Source: Felis catus
Taxonomy: Eukaryota
Assembly: GCF_018350175.1 (NCBI RefSeq)
Contig: NC_058383.1
Location: 6,016,001 to 6,080,000, forward strand
Reading direction: 5' to 3'
Length of the DNA stretch: 64,000 nucleotides
A program made the translations under genes and the position numbers. This document shows, one piece after another, positions 24,219 to 36,849 of the stretch. The number at the start of each line of letters is the position of its first letter. The first letter of the stretch is position 1. The notes below the pieces were generated by a model that was not told the DNA's origin, did no database searches, and saw only the letters and a program-made list of their open reading frames with translations.

Positions 24219-24941
24219 AGCGGTATCCAGCCCGCATCTCAGCCTCACCCGGAGGAGGCAGTCAGAGCCCTGCTGCTGTGAAGCTGCCACTCCCACGGGG
24301 ACCCTGTGTCCCTCCAGAGCGGTTCCACAGGACCCTGGGACCAGGGCTTTTATCCGGGATATTGTTACAGATGGCACCTCTAAAAGCTGTGTTTTAATAT
24401 CCTCTCAGCGGCCAGCCCTCCTCCCCGCGACCTCCCAGCCACAGCCTCGTGTCATCACGGGCCCCACCGGCTGTTAGCGCTGGGCGGGGAGGCGGGTGTC
24501 TGTAATCATCTGAGCTGCTGGGAATGGGGGGCAGTTATTTGGGGGACACATTGCAGGGGGTAGGCGCCAGGCGGCCAGCCTGCAGCCGAGCCCGGATGTG
24601 CCTGGACGCACGGCGGCAAGGCTTGAGATTCAACCAGAAATCAGGTCCCGCCCTCAGCTACATGGTTCTTCTCTTTCCCAGCCTTTTCTGCAGGTGATTT
24701 GGAAGCTTCCAGTGGAGATACCCTGCGGGCACACCATCCCAGGGGTGTGTCCCACCCTTATTCCTGCTCAAAATGCAAAATACACATGCAGCCAACCGTC
24801 ACTTCTGCAGACGGCAGCTTGGATTGCACACCTGTTCCCAACACAGCCTGGAAGAGCGTTTCATTGCGTTCCTTCGACGCCCCACATTCAGTTATCTCTT
24901 GACAAACGGTGGGCTCATATCTAAATTAAAATAAACTAGAT

Positions 24942-25165
24942 GGGAGTGCCTGGGCGGCTCAGTCAGTTAAGCAACCGACTTCAGCTCAGGTCATGATCTC
25001 GAGGTCTGTGAGTTTGAGCCCCACACCAGGCTCTGTGCTGACAGCTTGGGGCCTGGAGCCTGCTTTGGAATCTGTGACTCCCTCTCTCTCCACCCCTCCC
25101 CTGCTCATGCTCTGTCTCTCTCTGTTTCTCAAAAAAATAAATGTTAAAAAAAATTTTTTTTAAAT
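24942..25165 (+). mobile_element. Can-SINE
   Basis: TSD AAATAAACTAGA at 24929-24940 and 25166-25177. Confidence 0.95.
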
Positions 25166-26473
25166 AAATAAACTAGACCCCTTGTTTTTCATCAGAGGCA
25201 GATGGGCTCGTGCCTTTGAGTCGGGCTTCTTGGGCGCATCCAAAGGGCTCGTCAAGGTCACGGGGCCCGAGGACTTGCTGTGACAAGGGAACAAGTCATG
25301 TGGCATGTCCCCCAATCTGACAGGTATGCGGATTGAGCCGAAAAACTCGGTCACAGAAAAAGAAACACTAATGCCGGTGCTGGGTCAAGGGCAGCCTTGG
25401 GTCCCAGGGGACCCCGCCCAGCAGCTGTTCTGTGTTTGGGTGGGGGACGGGGGGCCGAGGATGAACAATCAGAGTGCAGGGGCACACAGGGACTCCTGGA
25501 GTTAATGTCATAATCACCATAACTGTAATTGGTGGGGAGTTAGCTCCAGACCAAGTGCCCCATATCCGTTATCCTCTGATCTCACCATCTCCTTCCTCCT
25601 CCAGGACCCCCAGCGCCCAGGGCCCAAAGTCGCAGGGTGCCGTGTGGAATCCACACCCCTGACCCTGTTTGTGGGCGTGTCTGTTGGTGAGGCCGGAGCG
25701 CGTAGTACTTGAAATCAGACCTGGAATCTGAGCCCGGCTGTGCCATCACTCACCGTGTGGCCGGGACTGACTCATCTCTCAACCCCGACCTTCCCCGACC
25801 TTCAGGCTCCTGATCTGTGAGTGATCGATAACTCCTTACCCACTCCACTGCTTTAGAGGAGAAGACAGGCAGATGGGGCATGATTCAGGTAGGAGGTGGG
25901 TGGAGAGGAGACTGGACAGCTGAGTCTGTGGTGATTACAGTGGGGAGTGTGAACTTCATGCCACAGGTAATGGAGAGCCAGGGAAGGCCTGTGAGTTGAG
26001 GAAAGAGTGTTCTAGGATCATCACTGGGGCCAGACCGTGAAGGGGGTGGTGATGAGAAGGGATGGAGGGGAGGACCCACTCTCCCCGGTGGGCCCGAAGG
26101 ACACCTGCGGGGCCACAAGGCAGCAGCCCAGGGCTGGCTCTGAGGGCACACGGGGAAGGGACAGCCAGGCCCTGGGCCAGGTGTGCCCCAGGTAGAGCTG
26201 AAGCTGGAAATACATTTCCCATCCAGACCCCTGTCGGTTATCCTGAGAGAAGCCAGATTCTGCCTGGGGCCTGGGGCTGTGTCAGGCACTCGGGGAGACA
26301 CATTAGCCAGTCGGGAGGACTCTGAACCATCCCCAAACCCAGCCCTTCCCAACACTTGGCGAGACCCTGACCTGCCAGGCCGGTGTGGTGGGGAGGGCCC
26401 AGGAGTTCAGGCTCCATCTCGAGGCTGGCTCTGTTGGCCTGGAGATGTGGCTCATCAGAAGAGAGGATGTTCC

Positions 26474-26697
26474 GGGGCGCCTGGGTGGCTCAGTTGGTTA
26501 AGTGTCCAACTTCGGCTCAGGTCACGATCTCACGGTCCGTGAGTTCGAGCCCCACGTCGGGCTCTGGGCTGATGGCTCAGAGCCTGGAGCCTGCTTCCGA
26601 TTCTGTGTCTCCCTCTCTCTCTGCCCCTCCCCCGTTCATGCTCTGTCTCTCTGTCTCAAAAATAATAAAATAAACATTAAAAAAAATATTTAAAAAA
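26474..26697 (+). mobile_element. Can-SINE, young
   Basis: Perfect 17-bp TSD AGAAGAGAGGATGTTCC at 26457-26473 and 26698-26714. Confidence 0.97.
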
Positions 26698-27337
26698 AGA
26701 AGAGAGGATGTTCCTTACAAGGCCTGGTCACAGACAGAAGTGTGGATCCAGATGCCCCCAGCGTCACCCCCCAGCCCCCGTTCACAGCTGGGTCTTGAAC
26801 CTGGGTCCTCAGGCCAGCGTGGCCCGAGTGCAGCCCTCAGCTGGGTAGAGGTAGCTCGGGGCCGATTCAGTTTGATTGAACCAACACCACCTGCAGGCCT
26901 CAAAGCCCTCGGCTCCCCAGGGCTGCAAGCTGCACCCCGCCTTGCCCATGGGTCTCCTCCACCACGAGGCCCCTTCAGCCAGGCCCGGCTCTTCTCCTTT
27001 ATAGGACCCACCGTGACCTCGGCAGGTGGATTCTGTGAGGTCGTGGGTTTCCTGTGCATAGATACACAGCCCCCCAGATAGAAACTGCTTCACGTGAACA
27101 GGGCCACCACTGCCACAGCCTTCAGCTGTGTCTCACACTGGAGGTGCCCCGGGATTTTGTCCTGTCTCTCTGGATCGAGTGTCCCTGCTTTGGGCCTGCC
27201 CCACGGTCCAGAGGGAGGCGGGGACACAGCAGGACGGTCCTGCCCCTCACTCCACTTCGCACTGGGAACACGACCCTGCCCCTCACCGGTGGCCCTCCGT
27301 CTGGGTGCCTCATTTCCCATCTTCACGGAGAGACCCT

Positions 27338-27940
27338 GTGTCAACTTGCTCAGGCCGCTGTAACAGAGTACCACAGGCTGGGGCCTTAAAAAGGAACTTA
27401 CCATCTCGCAGCTCTAGAAGCCCAACATCAAGGTGTCGGCAGGACTGGTTCCTTCTGAGGCCTCTCTACATCCCTTGAAAATGGCCATGTCCTCCCCATG
27501 TCCTCACGTGGTTATCTGCCTGTGCACATCTGTGTCCTGACCTCCTCTTCTTACAAGGACACCAGCCACGTTGGGTTAGGGCCACCAAATGGCCTCGTGT
27601 AACCTTACTCGCCTCTTTATTTTTTTATTGATTTTTAATGTTTATTTTTGAGAGTCAAAGAGGGACAGAGTACAAACAGGCGAGGGGCAGAGAGAGGGGG
27701 AGACACAGAATCCGAAGCAGGCTCCAGGCTCTGGGCTGTCAGCACAGAGCCCCACACGTGGCTTGAACTCACAGACCGCGAGATCATGACCTGAGCTGAA
27801 GTCAAACGCTTAACCGATTGAGCCACCGGGTGCCCCAAACCTTACTCACGTCTTTAAAGGCCCTGGCTCCAGTCACGTAATGGGGTACTGGGGACCTCAA
27901 TATATAAATTTTCAGGGGACGTGATTCAGCCCATAAAAGC
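27338..27940 (-). mobile_element. MaLR LTR (MLT1A-like) containing a SINE
   Basis: GCTCAGGCCGCTGTAACAGAGTACCACAGGCTGG...TCTTCTTACAAGGACACCAG...ATTCAGCCCATAA. Confidence 0.88.
27620..27836 (-). mobile_element. Can-SINE
   Basis: TSD AACCTTACTCRCSTCTTTA at 27601-27619 and 27838-27856. Confidence 0.95.
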
Positions 27941-29124
27941 CATCTCCTCAGAAGGGCCTTCTCTGACCAGCCCTGACCCCAGTCTCCCTCTCTGTCACAT
28001 CCCCCAGGAGCACCCAGCGCTCCTGACAGACCCTGTGCTCCCCGCACTACCCAGCCCCCCACCAACCACGAGGACAGAGGCCTCTCAGGAGCAAGGGCTG
28101 TCTGGCAGGGGGTGGCCACTGTGCAGGGTGTCTCTGCCCCATGCAGGCTGTTGAAACAGGCCCTCCCGGTCCAGGGAAGGGCACTGGCATTCTCCGGAAG
28201 CTTCTGTATCTCGTGCCTGTGGTTTGGGAGGAGGAGGGGCTGCCCCATCATTTCTGGAAACAGAATTCGGTGGGGCGGGTGAGAAATAGCCTGTGGGCTC
28301 CAGCTTGCCTGCCTGCAGCCTGGCGGGCACGGGCTGCTCTTTCCCCCTCCGTCCCAAACCCACAAGGGGTGGGCGTCCCAGGGATCCCGTGCTCCCCATG
28401 CCCCCTGCCTGCACCCGGGGCCCCCGCGTGCCAAGCCCTCTGCTCCAAGGGGCTACGCTTCCCAAACCCACTGCCTAATTAGTTTGCTCCCACCAACCCC
28501 TGACAGGCAGTGACTACAGGGCAGGAGACCTATTTGGTGGCAGATGTCACACGGCTCCCCAGCACGTCCCGGGCAGGAGCCCTGCACCTGCACACCTTCA
28601 TTAAGCAAGTTAATTACTTGCCAACTTAAGGGCCTGATCAGGCCTTCTGCATGGAAAGCTTTGCACCCTCGCAGCCTTGGGGCATCCCTGACTCCCACAT
28701 AGGACCCCGCTTGGGGCTCTTCTGAACATTCCAGAATCCCTGCTCATCATTTAGCGAAGAAATCTGGCCACAGACTCACGGGCAGAATGAGCGAGGATAT
28801 TCATAAAGCCCAAGGCACGAGGGAGGAAACAAGTATGTTATGAAAATGTTTTCAGCGACAAACATACCTCGTTTTCCCCGGGGAAATAGTTCTTCTCATT
28901 TGCTTTGTGCCTACTGTGTGCAGGTGGGGGTGGGATGCAGGGGACCCTGCGGTGTTTGCACTACAGCACAGGCACTTGCTGACCTGGCTTTGGCTCAGGA
29001 CCCCAGACAACCCTCTGTCCATTCTTTAATCCCCCCTCTCCACAGCAGGCTCCTTCTATAATAAGGAAGTGTGAGGTCCCCACCCACAAAGCCACTCCAT
29101 ATTTCACAATTAACAAACTCTTTT

Positions 29125-29250
29125 GTGATGCCTGGGTGGCTCAGCCGGCAAAGCGTCTGACTCTTGATTTCGGCTCAGATCATGATCCCATGGTTCGTGA
29201 GATCGAGCCCCACATTGGGTTCTGTGCTGACAGCATGGAGCCTGCCTGAG

Positions 29251-29304
<54 letters not shown>

Positions 29305-29341
29305 CCTCCCCTGCTTGCTTGCTCTCTCTGCCTCTCAAAAA
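29125..29341 (+). mobile_element. Can-SINE with an expanded (CT)n tract
   Basis: Body and long (CT)n. Diverged TSD CAATTA(A)CAAAYTCTTT. Confidence 0.92.
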
Positions 29342-29439
29342 GTCAATTACAAATTCTTTTATATACTAGGTTATTGGAATCCTCTCTGAGAGATCCTGTG
29401 TCCACTTTACAGGTGAATAAACTCACGTGTAGAAGAGGT

Positions 29440-29720
29440 AAGTGTATCAGAACTCTTCCAGTGGCAAGTAACAGAAATTATTCAGCTCAATTTGATTATG
29501 AAGTGCGGGGGTGGGGGGAAGAGTAATCTCTTGGGTCATACAAGTGAAGATTTAGGAGTAGGGGTAATATTGGCTTCAGGTATAGTTGGATCCAGGTGTC
29601 AAAATGGGTCTTCAGTAATCTATCTATCCTCAGTTCTTGACTCCAGGCCCTCTGAGCTGGCCATATTCTCGGACAGACTCTGTCCTTACAGTGCAAAAGG
29701 ACCAGCAGCTACTCCAGGCT
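29440..29720 (-). mobile_element. Ancient MaLR LTR fragment (MLT1J/K-like)
   Basis: TGTATCAGAACTCTTCCAGTGGCAAGTAACAGAAA...GGCTTCAGGTATAGTTGGATCCAGG. Confidence 0.6.
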
Positions 29721-30679
29721 TCTGTCCCACCAAGTGCATCACCACGCTGAGCAGGTCAAAGCGAGACAGGTACTGGGACCTACCTCCTGCCCTTGACACC
29801 TTGCTCAAGGATTCACAGAGACCATCCAAACCCCCTTCCTGGCCTGGGCTGGCTAAGCTTGCTGGCCCGGGCTCCCTTGGACCACCTTGCCCAATGGGGC
29901 AAGACATCAGTCTCTGCTTCTCCAGAGTCCCTCCATCCTGCTGCCTGCTCTGTCTATACCACCAACGCCTTTTCTCCGTGGCCCAGCCACTGTGCTCTGC
30001 TCTAAGTCATGTGCAGTTACCAGAGGGTCCCGGCCAGCTGGTGGTCTACAGGGGCCCATCTGAGGTGGAGGACCCTCCAGCTCACGGGTTGTGTTCAACG
30101 GGCACCTCCATCTACAATAGCTCCCCAAACCCACCAGCTAGAAACCCTACGGTGCGTGGTGAGTGTTGGTCCACAGAATGGCCGCCCAGAATGGAGCTCC
30201 ATCCACAGTGGAGAGTGAACCAGCAGCCTCAGCAAGGGGCCACAGGAGTCATTAGGAGATGCTGCATCCTGCACTCAGGGACAGGGGACAGTCCCGCCTG
30301 CAGGCCAATCACAACTTTATTGAGCATCAGGGTCCCCCATTCCCAAGGCTACAAGATCTGGAAGACAGCAGCTGACACCACAGCTTCTGGAACTTCATTG
30401 CATTTTTCTGTCCCCTGTATCACCCAGAATTTGAAGACTCCAAGCTAGGCATGCACCAGAAACTCAACAGATGTTTGTGGAAGCTAAAACGTTTCTCATC
30501 CGTCTGCCTTGGCCCCATGTAACACTCATCCCTTCCTTTCCTGAGGGATCACCCCTCACCATCACGAGGCCAGTGGCTATAGCATAGGGAGGTTTGGCTG
30601 CTGTGGCTTGGGTAGAAGAATCTGCTTGGATTGCTCACCTAATTTCAGTTTTTTGTCAATAATATGGAAATATGAGTAG

Positions 30680-31520
30680 CCCTCTTTCCATTGCAAGTAA
30701 AAGAAACCCAAGCTCAAACATTACTTAAGCAGAAGGAAAAATGTGAGGATTCAAGTTACTAAAACATCCAGAGTGAGGACTTCAGGCACAGTCGGATCAA
30801 GGGGCACAAGCCCGGTGCTCAAGGTTCATTCTCTGGGCCACACTAGCCTCTGAGTTGGTTTTGTGTGGGTGGGCTCCTTCTTCTGTGCCTGTGTTTGAAT
30901 CTGCACTCCCCTAACACAGATCCTGAGGCAGATATTTGAGTGAAAATCTTTTATTTGGGAGTTTGGGGAGGTAGGAAGTGAGACAGGGAAGGGAAACACT
31001 CAGCATAGTACATTGCTAAGCAAATTGCGCCTACGGGCACCTGGAGGTTAAGCCCACTGAGGAAGCCAGAGAGACTGTTCAGCACGTGCCCCAGGGTTGT
31101 TCTGCCTGAGGGGCGAGGGAGCTGGGCTGTTTGCCCACCATTGCGCATCCGGCCATCCAGTTAACTCCTGGCACCTGGTGAGCTCACTCCCCAGCCAGGG
31201 AAAGCTCTGAGGCACAGACCCGTAGGAAGCAATGCCTGGGGTTTGCTCTGTTTGGACCAACCGATTCTTGTTCCGGCCTCTGAGCCAATCACTCTGGCTA
31301 GCACTGATTGGCCGAGAGGGTCACGTGTCCCGGCCTCCGCGGAATCTGCTCAACGTCCTGTTAGGTCACGTGCTCACACCAGAACTTGGCGCACGCAGGC
31401 TGAGCCTGTATCGCGTGTTCGCCAGGTCTCCGGCTGGTCCGCCCCAAACCATACGGCTGAAGACGGGGGGAGGAAAAGGGGGTGTTATAACCAGGAAAAA
31501 AGGGACCGGTAGCTGAGTAG
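30680..31520 (-). mobile_element. Ancient MaLR LTR (MLT1J/K-like) split by an LTR33-like insertion
   Basis: CTCTTTCCATTGCAAGTAAAAGAAACCC...CTCAAAC...CTTCAGGCACAGTCGGATC, resuming with GAGCCAATCACT...TGATTGGCC...GGTCACGTG. Confidence 0.6.
30888..31225. mobile_element. LTR33-like ERVL LTR
   Basis: CAGATCCTGAGGCAGATATTTGAGTG...TTTATTTGGGAG...GGAAGTGAGACAGGGAAGGGAA...GAGGGGCGAGGGAGCTGGG. Confidence 0.65.
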
Positions 31521-32260
31521 GGGGAGACCACAGACCTCACCCCCAGAGACCCATTGGGTCATTTGAGAATCAAGGACAGTCAGCTGCGGAGTGTGGAGGG
31601 CAAAGCTCGGCACCTGACGGGCACCTGGGGCTCGTCTAAGCCAGCGACCCCCACGCCCCACGGGGTCCGCGGATGTGCCGCCCTAAGCCTGCCGCTTCGG
31701 TTCCCCCTTTTCGGGGCTTTCTTTTTTCTTCCGCTAGATTTTTGCATTTTTCTGAAGTCTCGGACTTTGTTTTTTTATATATATACAGAAAAGAAAATGG
31801 GGAAAAATTTTTTTTTAAGCTGCAAGCCAGAGCTGCCTGTGCCTGCTGCCTTCCCCGACTCTCGCATCAGCTTTGCGAGAGTGTGCTCGCTCCCCAGACG
31901 GCAGAGGCAGCCATCGGGTCGGGGGCCAGGCCTCGGCAGCGCAGGCAGGCGACGGTGATGGGGGAGCAGCCGGCCCCATTAAGTCAGCACAACCCGCCCG
32001 GGCGTGGGCGAGCAGAGTCCTCCGATTTGGCCCTCGTCAAGGGAACCGTGCAAGCAGCCGGCTAAATTCTACGGCCTCGTGGCTCAAACACAGGCTCATC
32101 ACAGGCTCTCCTAAGGTCTAGCTGGGGCTTCCTGGCATTATGCTTTCATCCGGGACACGCTTATTGAGTACTTGCTACCTGCCAGGCACCGTCCTAGGCA
32201 CGGGGGACGCTGCAGTGAACGGAGAAGCCCAAACCCCTGGCTTGGCGGAGCGCACGTTCT
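31100..32260. promoter_or_regulatory. CpG-island-like candidate promoter
   Basis: Visibly CpG-dense. CCAAT 31285-31289, ATTGG 31307-31311, GTCACGTG 31320-31327 and 31365-31372, TTATAA 31485-31490. Confidence 0.55.
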
Positions 32261-33200
32261 AGCAGAGATAACTAATTGTAAAGGTAACGATTAGGTGAGT
32301 TGGATGGTGTGTTAGGAGATAGTAAATGCTATTTAAAACTAGATGAAGGTAATAGGGACCTGGAGAATGGGAGCGGGGTGGGGGTGGGGTCTTAAGGGGG
32401 TGGGCCAGGGTGGACCTCCTTGAAAAGGTGAAGCGCCATCAGATATTTGAAGGAGAAGGGAAACGAGCCGTTGGATGTCCCAGAGAGCAGGGTCCACCAG
32501 TGAGGACAGCCAGCGCAAAGGGCCTGCGGTCACGCATGCCTCGTGTGTTCCAGCAGCAAGGAGACCAGGCGCAGATGGGGCTTGGGCAAAGAGGACAGAG
32601 GTTGGAAGTGGGGTCCTGACCGCCCTTGTAAGAACTTCCCTCTGTGAGGTGAGCCTTCAGAGGGTTTGGACAGAAAAGGGAGGGGAAGAGGCAGGGCCCC
32701 ACCTGGTGCTTTCCCTCTGGCTGCCTGCTGAGATTAGATTGCAGGGACCGAGGTGGACTTGGGAAATGCAAATGCAGCTGAGGAGGCCGGCTGGGAACTG
32801 GGTGGGAGCAGAGCAGGGTGGATTCTGGATACATTTGGAAGGACAGATTAGGCAGGGGGTGTGAGCAAGGAAAGGAAGTCAGGCAGGTCTCCGGGGATGG
32901 GGCCTGAGTGTGGAGTGGCTGGAGCGGCTGTTACCTAGGTGGAGACATCCTTCAGCAGGGCTCGGGGTGGTGCAGGGAGGTGCTGGGAACTCACTTTGGG
33001 GCTGGAAAATTTCAGACACCCAAGTGAAAATGTCAAAAAGGCGATTGTGCGTGTGGGTCTGCAGGTGTCAGAGGGATGCGTTCGGGGGTCATTGAGGGAG
33101 TGCAGCGGAGGGAGAGGTCCAAAGCCCAAGCCCTGGGGCCTGGTTAGGACTTAGGGAGTGATAGAGAAACCTGCCTGCAGGGTAGGAAGACAGTCCAGGA
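32155..33200 (-). mobile_element. L2 LINE 3' region
   Basis: TTATTGAGTACTTGCTACCTGCCAGGCACCGTCCTAGGCAC (reverse L2 3' end), GGATTCTGGATACATTTGGAAG, CAGACACCCAAGTGAAAATGTCAA. Confidence 0.85.
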
Positions 33201-35264
33201 AGCCAGGGGGAGAAATTCTCCCAGGGGCTTGGACTGAGCTCACAGAGCTCCAGCGGCGTCTGGAGGGGCCGAGTTTTGAGTTTTGGAGAGGAAGGGAGCC
33301 CAGGAAGGTCGTGCCGCACAGCCGAGCAGGCAGATGGGCCACTGGAGCAGGGGGTGGGGTGGGGAGAGCTTTCTCGGCTGCAGCAATGCCGGCACCTCCC
33401 TGCGTCTACACCGCGGGAGTAGAAAGAAAGGGCGCATTCCTGATGCAAGTCGTGCCTTCGCCGCTCACATCCCCGGGGGCTTTTACCAAATTCAGAAGGA
33501 ATCCAGGCGGCCCACAAGCTACCAACGGCCACCCCCAGACAGATGTCACCACTTTCCCGCCCGTGACTCCTTCAGGCTGATGCAGGGCCTGGCAACCCGT
33601 TCCTGCCCCCTCCCTCCCCCTCCCTGGCTGAATAAGTTAGGCACTATTCTAAGTTCAAACTAAATAAAGCAGTTTAGAGTGACTAATTCTTTGTGAAATG
33701 TATGCTCCCCAACGTCTTTGCTGCTACCAATGCCGGGCACCATTTATCACCCTGATTTCAGCTGTGTGGATTCTGGAAGGAGCTCCCAGGCTGAGGTGGC
33801 CTCATTTCCAGCAGCAGGGCAAACGCACCTGAGTCCCCCACCCCTTCGTCTTCCTCCTCACCGGGGGCAGGGCTGCAGGAGCGACTCTGGGGTCTGCAGT
33901 AAATAGGGGAGGGTTTGTAAGAGATGCCATCACCCATGTGGCCATTCGCAAGGCCACCTCAGGACTTCACAGTTGGAGAGGATGGAAGGAAGGTGCTGGG
34001 CTAGGCTGGGCCAGAGACCGTTTCTTAGAGAAGATGTGACACAAGCAGGACCCCGAGGGCCAGGGGCTTCGGAAAGGTGACCGGAAGCTCTGGGGGCACC
34101 TGCTGAAGGGCTTGGAGTGAGCAAACACGTGGAGGAGGGTCTAGAAGAACATGAGTGGAGCATGGAGGGGAGGGAAGGCCCTTCCTCCCCCAGGCCCCAT
34201 CCTTGCCTGTTCAAACCTGCCCCTGATCCTCAGGCAGAGCCCTCTCTCCCCACTCTGGACTCCCAGCCCCTCAACCTTCCCTGACCCCAGCCCAGTGGGG
34301 TCATCTGTGTCCAGACTGGCCTTCCCCTAGACTGGACACTCCTTGCTGTGTTGGAGTCTAGGAGGAGGGGCATCCAAGAGAGAGAGAGGGAGCAGCCAGT
34401 GCAAAGGCCTTGAGGTCCAGCATGCCTCCATGTGCGCAAACAGCAAGGAGACCAGTAGCCAGAGAAGTAGCATCCCAGGTCTGGTCCATAGGCTGGCGCA
34501 GGGTAGGAGCCTTCAGGATGACAGGTGAATGAATGGAGGGAGGGGAAGATAGAGAGATACGCGCGTGTCCGGTGGACAGCCTCCATCCGGGTTTTACCGC
34601 AGTTATGTTATGCTCTGGTCCTGAAACGTGCCTGTTTCAGTGTGCCGTGAGCGTGGGGGTGGTTGCGGAGTCCCGTCTTCGTCTTGCTGGGACCAGGCAA
34701 AGCCGTCGGGAGCTGGATATCAGGACCCCGATGATGAACCCAGGCTGGTGGCACCTGTCTGCCTGGAACACAGGCACCCCTCATGCCCATTGTGGGAGCC
34801 TCACTCTTCTGTGTAAGATGCGGGGCTGGCTGAGGTGTCTGGAGTGGAGACAGGAAGAGAGGCCTCGGACAACCTAGCTCTTGTAAACAGCGCTGTGGGC
34901 TGGAGTGGGTTTCCTTCTAGATGCAACTGGGGATGGCAGGAACCTCCCTGGAGACCCCAGAAAATTCTGAGTCACCTTAGGGAAGGCACTAGAAGCAGGG
35001 ACAGGGGCCTGGGAGCCCTGAAATCCTCGGCATCTGGCTCCGAGTTGTAGCAAAAAGCCGAACGTGGACCTTCCTCCATCCTGTCGGAGGAGTGAGAGCT
35101 GCAGGTGTGGACCCCGGAGGCTTCCACTCAACTGATGTTTGGTGCTGCTTTTTTTTCCTCCAGAAGGAGTCAAGTCCAGGGGCCAACTCAGAGGGGAGGC
35201 CTTGACTCCTGAGGGATCATCTTAGTAAACAAACATGTATGTACTAGGTACACCCCACGGGTCT

Positions 35265-35440
35265 GATCGTTACTTCTCATAACCTTGGAGGCAGCAACCC
35301 AGTTCCATCTTAAAAGTGGGAAAGAGGCCCAGAGAGGTTGTGTGACTAGCCAAAGGTCACAGAGCACATGAGTGACTGAGTTGGGATCCAAACCAAGATT
35401 ATCTGGCTCGCAGGGGACTCTACCGACCCACTGCTTGATA
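35265..35440. mobile_element. MIR
   Basis: GAGGCCCAGAGAGGTTGTGTGACTAGCCAAAGGTCACAGAGC...GGGATCCAAACC. Confidence 0.75.
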
Positions 35441-35559
35441 TCAGTCTGAATCCTGGTCTCAAGGAATGGAGGTTTTGAGGTTGGAGAAAGCATTCGATTT
35501 TCACCTTGAAGGAATGATTCTCCCATCCCCAGAGTTCAAAGGGGCCTCGGTGATTCTTT

Positions 35560-35990
35560 CTACTGTCAGATTTCCCAGAAAATCAAAGGCACTAAATTTA
35601 TTGTGTTTAACACGACTTCTCAAGCATCCCAATAATGGCTCTGATTTATAGCCAACGCGTTGTTTTAACCACATTACAAATGATAAAAATCAGTCCTGCA
35701 AATACACCTCAAGAGAAACCGTATTAAAGGAAGAAAAGAAGCAGTGAGATTAGATGTTGCATTAAAAGATAGAGTGATGGATTAAGGCCCAAAGTGTAAA
35801 TTTAGTGAGACTCGCTAGAAAAAGTTGGAGGGGCAGTAAATCCAAAGTGACAATCTCTGTGCGGTGTACCAATATTTGTCACTTTTATTATAGTTTGTTC
35901 AGAAGTTGTAGATGGGTCATTATTATTTTTTTTTAAAAAAAGCACAACAAAGTTCAATAAAGCTTAGAAATGAAAGCTGCTTTTGCTTCA
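35560..35990. promoter_or_regulatory. Candidate conserved non-coding element or enhancer
   Basis: Repeat-free AT-rich island. ATCAAAG 35582-35588, TGATTTAT 35642-35649, TGATGGAT 35775-35782. Confidence 0.45.
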
Positions 35991-36462
35991 GATACAGCCT
36001 AAAACCTCAAATCCAACCCACTGTGTCTGATCACAGAGTATTACATAATGGAAGTTTCTTCCTGTGATGTCCAGAAAACATTCCAAACCCAGAAAATGTG
36101 GGGAAGGCTCTTGGAGGATCCCAGGTCATACCCGGAAGGCAGGGAAAGACAGTGCCCACATCTAGAAAGTGGCAGAACCCCACCCCCACCCATGCCCTCA
36201 TTAACGGCAATAACAATGACAATATCAGAGGGTCTGACGTTTCTCCCTGTCACTCATTCAAGGGGCTTCTGAGAGCCATCTCTTTGTCCTTTCTGGTCCA
36301 AGCTGACCCATCCATCAACCAAAGTGGGTATGATCAGTCCTTGTAGAACCAGGTGGCTTTGTAGGCACCTCTATTCTAGCCGCTCCCTCTGCCTGTTGTG
36401 ACTTCTTTCACCTACTTCGCTTCATTCCCTACCTCCTCCTTTTTAGAAACCCCCACTGTCTC

Positions 36463-36662
36463 GGGGCACCCGGGTGGCTCGGTGGGATAAGCGTCCGACT
36501 CTTGGTTTCGGCTCAGGTCATGATCGCATGGGTGGTGAGTTCAAGCTCCACATTGGGCTCTGTGCTCATGGTGTAGAGCCTGATTGGGCTTCTCTCTCTC
36601 TGCCCCTCCCCACTTGTGCTGTCTCTGTCTCTCTCAAAATAACATAAATAAACTTTAAAAAA
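36463..36662 (+). mobile_element. Can-SINE
   Basis: TSD AGAAACCCC(C)ACTGTCTC at 36445-36462 and 36663-36679. Confidence 0.95.
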
Positions 36663-36849
36663 AGAAACCCCACTGTCTCAACGAGGTCTACTCTGAGCAC
36701 TGTCTTTTAAATGCTCTGTTTATTGAGGTGTGATCTGCAGGCAGTGAGAGGCATAGAGCTTAAGTGTGTAATTCAATGAGTTTTGACAAATACATCCAGG
36801 TAAACACCACCCAAGCCTAGATATGGAACAGTGACCATCATCCTTCTTT

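Noticed and set aside
27802..28434. 210-aa minus-strand ORF
   Set aside because: It runs into an MLT1 LTR and a SINE and has no recognisable domain.
29492..30448. Longest ORF (318 aa, + strand)
   Set aside because: It starts inside an MLT1-like LTR fragment, has the Pro/Ser/Gly/Cys-rich composition typical of GC-rich non-coding frames, and shows no recognisable domain. BLASTP and PhyloCSF would settle it.
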